From a virus (lineage: Duplodnaviria; Caudoviricetes): 64,000 nucleotides of DNA. Shown piece after piece: positions 1-8,585 of this stretch. The number at the start of each line of letters is the position of its first letter. The first letter of the stretch is position 1. The DNA is taken from the IMG/VR virus record IMGVR_UViG_3300042567_001420. One strand, 5' to 3'. Both the position numbers and the translations under genes were made by a program. The notes under the pieces are model-generated. The model was not told where the DNA came from and ran no database searches. It was given only the letters and a program-made list of their open reading frames with translations.

Positions 1-373
1 CTGCAATACCAAAGAAGTCTTTTTCAATCAGTTCTTTGTATGCCTTGTAAAAAGCAGAACGAAGACCAGGGTATCGAGATTTAATAGCTTTCTCGATACG
101 TGCATCTTCGATCACATTAAGATATGATTTAAAACCTTTTGGATGTGATGTGACGGCTGTGTGCCAGCCTTCGGCGGGGGTTTCCCATGCATGACCTACT
201 TCATGACCTACAAGCAAGTCATAAAGTTCAGTGGACATTTCTTTCCAGATGGGGAGAACAAGAACTCTGTTCTTGGGATCAAAATAAGCAGTGCTTACAT
301 TGCGGTGCTCAACCGAAAGATTTTCTTGAGCTAGAAGTTTGGCAAGCGTTGACTTTGAATTTGCTAGTGTCAT
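1..373 (-). CDS. HExxH metallopeptidase (CobT-like peptidase of T4-like aquatic phages), N-terminal part, truncated by the window edge
   Basis: Not in the ORF track. Hand translation from ATG at 373: MTLANSKSTLAKLLAQENLSVEH...LYDLLVGHEVGHAWETP...LNVIEDARIEK. HEVGH motif; GGAG RBS upstream. Confidence 0.75.
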   Translation of the reverse strand, partial: MTLANSKSTLAKLLAQENLSVEHRNVSTAYFDPKNRVLVLPIWKEMSTELYDLLVGHEVGHAWETPAEGWHTAVTSHPKGFKSYLNVIEDARIEKAIKSRYPGLRSAFYKAYKELIEKDFFGIA

Positions 374-395
374 AAGATCTCCTGTCTATAAGACT

Positions 396-424
396 ATTAT
401 AACATCTTTCGGGGTAGAAGTCAA
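396..424 (-). promoter_or_regulatory. sigma70-type early promoter
   Basis: TTGACT-N17-TATAAT directly upstream of the peptidase RBS. Confidence 0.85.
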
Positions 425-435
425 CAGAAATTTTG

Positions 436-849
436 CTAGTTTGGACGAGTAATCGAAAGTATTTTTTGGATTTGTGCTTCGATAATCGGAGTTCTATTAG
501 GCCATTTAATATAATCTTTATCCGGATTTTTTAATAAATTAGCTAATAATGGCAGTATTAATGCCTCAACCTTTTTAAGTTTCTCATTAGAATCTTTATC
601 AACCAAAACCTTATAACTATCAATATCAAAATTAGAACCAGCTCCCGCTTTGATTATCTCTTCCATTGAATCAATTTTATTATATACGGAATCTAATTTA
701 TCTTTTAATAATGTTAATTCAACAGATACAGAATCAACTATATCTTGAGTTTTAACTACTGGTTTTTCTACAATAGACTCTTCTGAATCTACAGCTGTAA
801 ATCCAAAATCAAAACCATTATCATATTCAGTCGGAATCTTTATTGACAT
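436..849 (-). CDS. hypothetical phage protein, coiled-coil
   Basis: 137-aa ORF in the operon, overlapping the def stop; no motif recognised. Confidence 0.7.
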   Translation of the reverse strand: MSIKIPTEYDNGFDFGFTAVDSEESIVEKPVVKTQDIVDSVSVELTLLKDKLDSVYNKIDSMEEIIKAGAGSNFDIDSYKVLVDKDSNEKLKKVEALILPLLANLLKNPDKDYIKWPNRTPIIEAQIQKILSITRPN

Positions 850-1402
850 TTAGTGCCTCTATCATTGTTTTAACTGCGTATTTTTTAATTATCTTTTTAC
901 GCTTATTTTCGAATTTCTTTTTAGCATAATCTAATTTAAATTTAGAAACTCGGTCGGTATAATCAGTACCATTCATATGGTCATATTCATGTTGGAATAT
1001 TCTAGCAGTTAATCCATTAAACTCTTGCTCAATTATCTGCCCCGTTTCATTCTGATATGTAGCTTTAATTTTAATTGGTCTTTTAATACCTAACACAATG
1101 CCAGGATAAGATAAACAACCTTCATTAAATAATTCTTCAATATCACTATATTCTATTATCTCGGGATTAAATACTGCAATTTTAGTTTCACCTAATCCCA
1201 TTACAAATACTCGCAGGTCTAACCCTACTTGATTTGCACTCAAACCTACACCACCTAGTTGTTTCATTCTTTCAAATAAAACAGTAGAAATGCCAGGCGC
1301 GCTTTCACCTTCATTGGTAAAATCATAAAGCGCAGGGGGAGCACGCATTACCTCATTATCGGGTTCAACTAAATTTAATTTGTCTTTTCTTAATATAATC
1401 AT
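827..1402 (-). CDS. def: peptide deformylase
   Basis: All three PDF motifs: GVGLSANQVG, EGCLS, HEYDH. Confidence 0.95.
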   Translation of the reverse strand: MIILRKDKLNLVEPDNEVMRAPPALYDFTNEGESAPGISTVLFERMKQLGGVGLSANQVGLDLRVFVMGLGETKIAVFNPEIIEYSDIEELFNEGCLSYPGIVLGIKRPIKIKATYQNETGQIIEQEFNGLTARIFQHEYDHMNGTDYTDRVSKFKLDYAKKKFENKRKKIIKKYAVKTMIEALNVNKDSD

Positions 1403-3111
1403 GATATTCTACTAAAATTTTGATACTTTTGAAACTTAATTACAGACTTAAATTTATCTAGTAGTTGATCGCCTTTATGCGAAATTACAAATACGTTTGT
1501 ATCTTCACCAATTGTATTTAATAAATTCATTACATAGTCTGTGCCATTTGTGTCTAATGAAGAATCAAATACTTCATCTAATAATAGTAAATTTGTACTT
1601 GCACTATTTTTCATCTTGGCAATTGTTCGCCAAGTAAACAATAACGCTAAATCTATTCTTTGTTTTTCGCCTTCACTAAATGAAGCATAACTAAACTCGT
1701 CTCTGTGTCTAGATTTAATTACTTCATTAAAAGATTCATCCAATTCAAAGTGAACAAAGAAATCCATTGCCGCCAGATACTTATTTACTAATTTATTTAT
1801 TGCAGGTAAGTATTGACGAATGATCTTTGTTTTAATGCCGGTATCTTTTAGCAATACACTTGCAATATCTAAATAATGCTTATCTTCTGATAATTTACTT
1901 TTTTCCCCTGCAAGTGCGACCACTTCCTTGGCCAAGTTTTTAAGTTTCCTCGTTTCATCTTCAATGTTTGCCGTATCATTATTGTTGACTGCCAGGTCCG
2001 CCTGTAGCTTTTGAATGTATGTTTGAGATGCGATGATCTTTGATTGGTATCGAATGATGTTGCTTGTATATTCAGAGATTTTCTTTTCGATCGCATCAAT
2101 CTCATTAAGTCTAGTTTCAACACCTTCAAGTTGCAAGCCAAGGGCTTCAATCGCAGATTGCACTTCTTCACGTTTATGTGTATGAAGTTCGATTGCGGAT
2201 CCTTTGAGATGTTCGTCAAGATCCTGGCTACACGTTGGACAAACATCGTGGTCGTGGTAAAATTGTATGCTTGTTTCTTGATTAGTAATTCTTTCGGAAA
2301 GCTTTCTAAGCAACGCTCCCATCTCCGTACGCTTGTTACGCTTCTCATCGGCGTCAGATATAGAGGATTTACAACTCGTTTCTTTTTCTTGCTCGACCAG
2401 CATTCCTGCATTAAGTTGTGATATCTCAGCATTCGATTCAAGTATGCGCTTTTGTACATCTTCAACTTTCTTTTGTTTGTCGTTTTCGAGGGTTGCAATA
2501 TATTGTTGATGCAACTTGACCTTATTTTTACCTAAGGTAATATCATTTTCAATCTCTGTTATACGAGCTTTTATTTCAGTTGTTTTATCTTTTAATACTG
2601 CATTCATAACTGTGAAAATTTGAATGTCTAAAATATCCTCAATAATTTCACGTCTCGATCCCAATGCTAATTGCATAAAGGGAGTAAATGATGCAGATCC
2701 TAATATAACAATCTGAGTGAATGATTTGTAATTTAATTTTAAAATACTTTCTTCAAGATACTTTTGATAGTCTCTTGCGGCAGCATCTTGATTCAATAAT
2801 ACGTCATTGCAATAGATTTCAAATATGCCAGGTTTCATTCCTCGCACAATTCTATAATCTTTGTTACCGATAGAAAATTCAACCTCAACAACAAGTAACT
2901 TGCCGTTGATAGTATTCATTAACTGCGGTTTGTTAATATTCCTAAATGGTTTATTAAAAAGTACAAAACAAATTGCATCTAAAATAGTGCTTTTGCCTGC
3001 ACCGTTTTCGCCCACAATTAAAGTAGATGAGGATTTAGTAAAATCTATTTCAGTAAATTGTCCGCCGGTTGATAAGAAGTTTTTCCAACGTATTTTCTTA
3101 AATTTTATCAT
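1399..3111 (-). CDS. gp46: recombination endonuclease ATPase subunit (Rad50/SbcC-like)
   Basis: Walker A GENGAGKS, coiled coil with CPTC zinc hook, signature FSEGE, Walker B LLLLDE. Confidence 0.97.
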   Translation of the reverse strand: MIKFKKIRWKNFLSTGGQFTEIDFTKSSSTLIVGENGAGKSTILDAICFVLFNKPFRNINKPQLMNTINGKLLVVEVEFSIGNKDYRIVRGMKPGIFEIYCNDVLLNQDAAARDYQKYLEESILKLNYKSFTQIVILGSASFTPFMQLALGSRREIIEDILDIQIFTVMNAVLKDKTTEIKARITEIENDITLGKNKVKLHQQYIATLENDKQKKVEDVQKRILESNAEISQLNAGMLVEQEKETSCKSSISDADEKRNKRTEMGALLRKLSERITNQETSIQFYHDHDVCPTCSQDLDEHLKGSAIELHTHKREEVQSAIEALGLQLEGVETRLNEIDAIEKKISEYTSNIIRYQSKIIASQTYIQKLQADLAVNNNDTANIEDETRKLKNLAKEVVALAGEKSKLSEDKHYLDIASVLLKDTGIKTKIIRQYLPAINKLVNKYLAAMDFFVHFELDESFNEVIKSRHRDEFSYASFSEGEKQRIDLALLFTWRTIAKMKNSASTNLLLLDEVFDSSLDTNGTDYVMNLLNTIGEDTNVFVISHKGDQLLDKFKSVIKFQKYQNFSRIS

Positions 3112-4163
3112 GCTTCATTATAATGTTGTGCTTCTACATATAAAGTCTTTAGCAAAGTCTTTAACCGCTCTTTGTCAGAATCTGTTTCAACGCTATCTAC
3201 ATAATCAGATAACAATGTCATAGTATCTTCTAGATCAATTGAATCATCCAATGCACTAGCTTCAAACTCTGAAAAGTCTTCTATAATTTTTAATTCTATA
3301 GGATTGTTTGTATAAATAGCTTCTACAAATTTATCGAATTTTAAAATATCTTTTTTGTTAACTACTACGAGTTTAACATACTTGTTAGTAAATATTGACT
3401 TGTCAATTAGATTAGGATCTGTCTTTTCATCGTCATAGTAATGTTTAATAAACATATTAAACGGATTCTGAATAAAATCAAACAAACCAGTATCAGTATC
3501 GAAGATGTAAAATCCTTTAGGATCGCCTTCATCGTTCCAAGCCAGTTCGTATGGAGTACCCAAATATACGATGTTATCTTCGTGCGACCTAGTATGATAA
3601 TGTCCACTGAAAACAGTATTATAGGTTTTCAGCATTGCTCGATCCATACCATCATGACTATCAATACCTTTCATCATTTGAAATCCTGATAGCTCAAAAT
3701 GACCGGCACAAAAATCGGATGCGGATTTAGTTATAAAGTCTGCAATGTCATTTTCATTTTCTTTACAGATCCAAGGAATAATGTCCATTTGAGCATTGTC
3801 AAATTTTAACGTTGTAGGTTCTTGAATGATAGTAATGTTATCGTAATCTTGTAATAACAAATCTGGAGAATTTACTTTTAGGCTTTCTTTCCAGAATATA
3901 TCGTGATTGCCAATTAAGGCAATTAGATCCATTTTCTTTTCAACTATCACATCAAAGAAATATCGTCGTGCCTCAGCAAGAGACATAAAGTTAATATATT
4001 TTCTTCTATCAAATAGATCACCTAGTTGCAATATAGTTTTTATATTGTTTTGTTCTAGATATGGAAAAAGAATCTCGCTATAAAATTTCTCATAATATGC
4101 ATGGAATGCTTTAGAATCATTCCTAACACCAAAATGAGTATCGCCCAATAAACAAAGTTTCAT
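3108..4163 (-). CDS. gp47: recombination endonuclease nuclease subunit (Mre11/SbcD-like)
   Basis: GDTHFG, GDLFD, GNHD and GHYH metallophosphoesterase motifs; adjacent to gp46. Confidence 0.97.
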   Translation of the reverse strand: MKLCLLGDTHFGVRNDSKAFHAYYEKFYSEILFPYLEQNNIKTILQLGDLFDRRKYINFMSLAEARRYFFDVIVEKKMDLIALIGNHDIFWKESLKVNSPDLLLQDYDNITIIQEPTTLKFDNAQMDIIPWICKENENDIADFITKSASDFCAGHFELSGFQMMKGIDSHDGMDRAMLKTYNTVFSGHYHTRSHEDNIVYLGTPYELAWNDEGDPKGFYIFDTDTGLFDFIQNPFNMFIKHYYDDEKTDPNLIDKSIFTNKYVKLVVVNKKDILKFDKFVEAIYTNNPIELKIIEDFSEFEASALDDSIDLEDTMTLLSDYVDSVETDSDKERLKTLLKTLYVEAQHYNEA

Positions 4164-4166
4164 GTA

Positions 4167-4649
4167 TTAATTAAATTCGTTGTCTTCTCTATGACCAGAA
4201 CGGCCTGCCATATTAGAATCAGTCTCGCGAACTTCTACTCGGCAGCACCAAACTCTTTTAGCTTCTTCGCTGCCGCAATTTGGCAAAAAGATTGTGTTAA
4301 TATATTCATATAAGAAGTCAGATAAACCTTCACACCCTGTACGCTCTACTTCTGTGATCTTAGCTAGTTTTAATCTACCCAATTCCAATAGATGTTCGCG
4401 CATTGGATCATCTTGTGCAACTAGCAGAGTGTGGTCAAACCATTCTTCTAGCTTGTCTTTAAGTGGTCGTAGCCCACCAAAATCAGTTACCCAATTACGA
4501 GCATCCAATGTATCTGCTTCAAATTCGAAATGAAAACTCATGGCATAACCATGAATCAAATTACAATGTGAATCTGCACGCCATTGCCGATATGCAACCG
4601 GACCTATTTGTCTATATGTTTTTGTTGAGAAGAATTTTTTATTTGCCAT
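4167..4649 (-). CDS. queD: 6-carboxytetrahydropterin synthase (QueD-like)
   Basis: SHCNLIHGY, VTDFGGL, FDHTLLV, GCEGLS, VRETDSN: PTPS/QueD T-fold motifs. Confidence 0.85.
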   Translation of the reverse strand: MANKKFFSTKTYRQIGPVAYRQWRADSHCNLIHGYAMSFHFEFEADTLDARNWVTDFGGLRPLKDKLEEWFDHTLLVAQDDPMREHLLELGRLKLAKITEVERTGCEGLSDFLYEYINTIFLPNCGSEEAKRVWCCRVEVRETDSNMAGRSGHREDNEFN

Positions 4650-4687
4650 CTCTTGCCTCTTTAAGTAAGTTTGACGACATGCAGAAT

Positions 4688-5710
4688 TTATAAAGCGGGA
4701 TGAATGTTCGGGTAAGACCGCTGGTTTGTTAAAGCCTCATATGTTTGAGAATTATACCATGTGTTTAAAGATGATAAAATATCAGACATATCATATACAG
4801 GTGTCCAATCTGCAAGACGTTTAAACATTGTACTATCAGCAACTAACGATGGAGGATCTCCATCGCGTCGTTTATTAATAAATGTTACAATTTCTTTATT
4901 GGTAATTTTTTCTACAAGCATTTGAATTTGTAGATTAGAATGCCCCTGAAGCATCCCTAAATTATATATGCCTTGAATAGAATTGTCAATAGCTTTTATG
5001 TGTGCAAGTGCAATATCTTGAACATGAATATAATCTCTAATACAAGTTCCGTCGGGCGTATCATAGTCTGCACCATTTAAAGTGAATGATGTATTATGTT
5101 TGACTGCTTCAAATAGTTTGGCAAAGATATGTGTTGCATTTGGTTCTTGCCCATGCTGACCTTTATCGTCAGCTCCGCATGCATTGAAATATCTAAATGC
5201 AGTGAAATTTAAGTTGTGGCATCGATGATACCATTCCAATAAATGTTCAACCATTAATTTAGATTGACCATAAGGAGAAATAGGATCGACCTTATCGTTT
5301 TCCCTCAATGGTGTTTTTGTTGTAGGAATGCCGTAAACAGATGCGCTACTACTAAAAATAATCTTAGTCTTTGGAATATGTTTAGCAACGAAATCTAAAA
5401 GCAAATTTGTTTTAGATACATTGTTGTGAAAGTAATGTCCTGGATTTTTCATACTAGGACCAACAAGGCTAGTGCCTGCACAATGAATAATTGCTACAGG
5501 ATAAACCTTTTTATATAGACTAAACGCATCCATGTCTGTAAAATCACATTGAAGAAACTCATCTTGAAATGCATCAAGATGATCGTTGTGTCTGTTATCA
5601 ATACCGATAACTTCGTAGCCTTGTTTCTTTAATTCGATGCAAGTCTGGCCGCCGATATAACCGGCAGAACCCGTAACAACGACTAATTTAGTACTTGGCT
5701 GCTGGGACAT
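4688..5710 (-). CDS. galE: NAD-dependent epimerase (UDP-glucose 4-epimerase-like)
   Basis: TGSAGYIG, FSSSASVYG, YGQSK, FRYFNACGA, GTCIRDYIHV. Start moved to MSQQ at 5710. Confidence 0.92.
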   Translation of the reverse strand: MSQQPSTKLVVVTGSAGYIGGQTCIELKKQGYEVIGIDNRHNDHLDAFQDEFLQCDFTDMDAFSLYKKVYPVAIIHCAGTSLVGPSMKNPGHYFHNNVSKTNLLLDFVAKHIPKTKIIFSSSASVYGIPTTKTPLRENDKVDPISPYGQSKLMVEHLLEWYHRCHNLNFTAFRYFNACGADDKGQHGQEPNATHIFAKLFEAVKHNTSFTLNGADYDTPDGTCIRDYIHVQDIALAHIKAIDNSIQGIYNLGMLQGHSNLQIQMLVEKITNKEIVTFINKRRDGDPPSLVADSTMFKRLADWTPVYDMSDILSSLNTWYNSQTYEALTNQRSYPNIHPAL

Positions 5711-6857
5711 GATCTCTATAATCCTTACCGCTACGATACCATTTAGCATTATCCTCAAACATAATATCCAAACAACGATCAATAGTACCAGATGTCCAGT
5801 CAGACAACTTGCCTAGATTTGCTCGCTCTTGAACCAGCAATGTATTTAATTTAAATACTGCGTCATCTTGTGACCATGGAATATAAAGACATTCGCGATC
5901 ATTAGCAAATGATTCTGGGAAAGATCTATAAGCAGGATACAAACAATTTGTACCTAATGCATCTGCCTCTGATGCAGTGTTGCTTACCCAATCCTGCAAT
6001 GCACAATTAAACAATACTCGAGAATCGCCCAACAATTCATAATACTCATTCTTTTTAAGATTTTCATAGATTTTAAAATTATGAGTCTTTTCCAATGCTC
6101 GCGCGCGAGTCAAATACTTTTCGTTATTACTACGCAAAGGTCCACCCGATAACACAGCAAATTCTACACCCGGGTTAACTGTATGATATCTTTCAATAAG
6201 ATCCATAAAGAAATCAGGTTGTTTCTCCTGATCAAATCTTGCAGCAAATACCACACGTTGTTTACGCTGATTAAATGGAATACGATTTGCTACACGACTA
6301 CGAACTTCATCTTTATCAAATGCAAGTCCGGAGATATTAAAGATTGGCGCTTCCCAACCTGCAATTTTCATATGAGCAACCATTTCTTCGTTAGATGCAA
6401 GTACACCTGTAACAAATTGATCTGTCATTTTCTCATAAAGACCCATCCACTTCTGCATATCCCATACGTGAACAAAATCATCGGGGTCAATAGATTGTGC
6501 AAGACAACGAACAAAAATTCTAGGTTGATATTCGTAGCTTACTTGATCCATAATATAAGGCAGCGCCTCAATACCGGGAGTAAACATATCTTCAAAAAAG
6601 ATTGTGTCTTCAAATGTTATTTCGCCAGCTTTCATCTTCTTAATAAGATTAGCCATTTGTGTCAGCGAATAATAACTACGCCCATGTGCATCAAGCACTT
6701 GACCGGTAACAATTGCTTTAGAGTCATCTAGAATATCACCATGAATTACTTCATAGTCAATACCTCTGCGTTTAAATGCAGCTTCGCTCCATTGTTGCAA
6801 TTGTAAAGTATAGCGACCTTCATAAGGTTCTAAACCCATATAATATAATTTACTCAC
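5688..6857 (-). CDS. GT-B fold glycosyltransferase
   Basis: C-terminal VVFAARFDQEKQP and QDWVSNTASEADALG...YPAYRSFPE resemble the GT4-type nucleotide-sugar binding region. Confidence 0.75.
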   Translation of the reverse strand: MSKLYYMGLEPYEGRYTLQLQQWSEAAFKRRGIDYEVIHGDILDDSKAIVTGQVLDAHGRSYYSLTQMANLIKKMKAGEITFEDTIFFEDMFTPGIEALPYIMDQVSYEYQPRIFVRCLAQSIDPDDFVHVWDMQKWMGLYEKMTDQFVTGVLASNEEMVAHMKIAGWEAPIFNISGLAFDKDEVRSRVANRIPFNQRKQRVVFAARFDQEKQPDFFMDLIERYHTVNPGVEFAVLSGGPLRSNNEKYLTRARALEKTHNFKIYENLKKNEYYELLGDSRVLFNCALQDWVSNTASEADALGTNCLYPAYRSFPESFANDRECLYIPWSQDDAVFKLNTLLVQERANLGKLSDWTSGTIDRCLDIMFEDNAKWYRSGKDYRDHVPAAKY

Positions 6858-7302
6858 CTGCTATCCTTTCAAAACTAATTCTGCAACCGTTTTCACCATC
6901 TTCTGATACTTCAATAGTATAATCCCTATCAGGCCATTGTGCCGCACATTTATCATAAAGCTCACATGCCATCATTTCGCATGACTTATAATCTAAATGT
7001 AGTGTGCCATCAGAATACCATCGTTCCATAATGCGTTTTGCCTGAATAAATTCTACATCTCGATCATCATGAAATACTTCCATCTCTACGCGGAAATGAA
7101 AAATATGTCTATGCGGTGTTCCTAAGAATGAAACATCCAGCCAATCGCCTGTTGCTAATTTAGGATCAGTTGCTGCTTGGGGATATTTATGAATACCCTC
7201 TTTACGAAAGGTAACCCAAATAGAACTTTTCTTTTTAATTAATTTACTGTGTATAATTGTATCTGTAAAAAATACTGGCTCGTTTGAAATAATATCGGTC
7301 AT
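6850..7302 (-). CDS. dpdL: QueD-paralog T-fold protein, DpdL-like (putative 7-carboxy-7-deazaguanine decarboxylase)
   Basis: LGTPHRHIF matches the LxxxHRHxF signature I recall for DpdL; also SCE and VSEDGENG T-fold motifs; adjacent to dpdA. Confidence 0.7.
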   Translation of the reverse strand: MTDIISNEPVFFTDTIIHSKLIKKKSSIWVTFRKEGIHKYPQAATDPKLATGDWLDVSFLGTPHRHIFHFRVEMEVFHDDRDVEFIQAKRIMERWYSDGTLHLDYKSCEMMACELYDKCAAQWPDRDYTIEVSEDGENGCRISFERIAGE

Positions 7303-8585
7303 GCAAATAAATCCTCAAGTGAAACTGGTGGTTGTGTGTTAACTGGTTCAGACTCCATATACTTTCCTACATTTCTTTCCCAATCTTCAAAATCAGAAAG
7401 ATTCTTAACATCAAACAATGTAGCGTATTCATTCTCACAGCCTTTTTCTCTACAGAACTTTAAGAACAATTCTTTCGATTCTGTTAAAGCATTGACATCG
7501 TGAGTAAAATTATGTACGTTTGTTAAAATAAAAGCAAGACGTGCTCGCATAATATCAACAAATTTTCCGCCTGCTTCTAAATGAACGCCGACCCCTCGGT
7601 TCATTAAGATATGGTATTCTTCAGGAGTATAATTTGTTCCACATACTGCATTAATTTCTGTAGTAACTGTTCTATAAATGTTAGAATACTCTCTGCCCAT
7701 TTTTACAGATGTGCCGCCATATGGGGAACCTGCTGCCTTTTTAGCGAATGAAAAATAAAACAATCCATTATCTAATGACATGGAATGTGTAGTAGAGTCA
7801 TATGAAATATCAATACCTTCATATAGACCAGATTGACTAAAACAAATATAAGGCAGAATGCGACGTAATGCACCTACACCCAATACGTGTAAATGAAATG
7901 GTCTAGTATACGGCATCTGTGTAACATAGAATGCTCGTTTAACGTCTTCTAATTGTCCCATACCCAGAGCAGCCGATCCCATAGCAAGACCACCGATACG
8001 ATGATGCAATGCCGGAGTAATTTCTTCGAGTACTAATTTTGCCCAGCGTGAATATGATTCTTGCGATGAACCCTGCATAATAACAAATGGTCTACATTTG
8101 CTACCCATCTTATCGAATGTTTCAATTTGCGATTTTACATTCCTGCCCGTTTGTCTTGCATAATCATCAAAATTATCCATGTCTGCATATCTACGCTTAG
8201 TATCAATCTTAGATGATACGCCACTTGTAGAAGTTGTCTTAACAGGAATCTCATCAAACGACATACCAATGTCTGCATATGCACCTTGATTCAAATAAAC
8301 TTTTTCTCTAACTTCTGGAGTATTTTTTAAACCGCGAGTAATAATCTGCAAACCTCCAGAGTCAGCATGAATATTATTAATTGAAGCACGAAACTTTTGT
8401 AACTTAGGTCCAAAGTTCTTTTCCGTAAATCCATTATACAATAATGAGAATGTGTGGTTGTTTTGTTTATGACATACTTTAGCAATCATGTCAAGCATCA
8501 TTTCTAATACATCGGGGTCATTACATTGTTCTGCACCCAGCCGCAAATATGCTGGGCCAGAAATTACGTATTCATATGTTCTCAT
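7299..8585 (-). CDS. dpdA: DNA 7-deazaguanine transglycosylase (TGT fold, DpdA-like)
   Basis: TGT-family motifs DSGGLQ, MSFDEIP, HLHVLGVG, SYDS; context of folE/queD/queE. Confidence 0.85.
   Translation of the reverse strand: MRTYEYVISGPAYLRLGAEQCNDPDVLEMMLDMIAKVCHKQNNHTFSLLYNGFTEKNFGPKLQKFRASINNIHADSGGLQIITRGLKNTPEVREKVYLNQGAYADIGMSFDEIPVKTTSTSGVSSKIDTKRRYADMDNFDDYARQTGRNVKSQIETFDKMGSKCRPFVIMQGSSQESYSRWAKLVLEEITPALHHRIGGLAMGSAALGMGQLEDVKRAFYVTQMPYTRPFHLHVLGVGALRRILPYICFSQSGLYEGIDISYDSTTHSMSLDNGLFYFSFAKKAAGSPYGGTSVKMGREYSNIYRTVTTEINAVCGTNYTPEEYHILMNRGVGVHLEAGGKFVDIMRARLAFILTNVHNFTHDVNALTESKELFLKFCREKGCENEYATLFDVKNLSDFEDWERNVGKYMESEPVNTQPPVSLEDLFA

Noticed and set aside
187-375. 62-aa + strand ORF
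   Set aside because: It is the antisense shadow of the truncated minus-strand peptidase
4650-4725. Canonical preQ1 class I riboswitch
   Set aside because: The short P1 with an A-rich tail consensus is not matched; kept only as a low-confidence structured leader
5711-5782. Longer galE start at 5782
   Set aside because: It overlaps the GT gene deeply; the Rossmann motif follows the ATG at 5710
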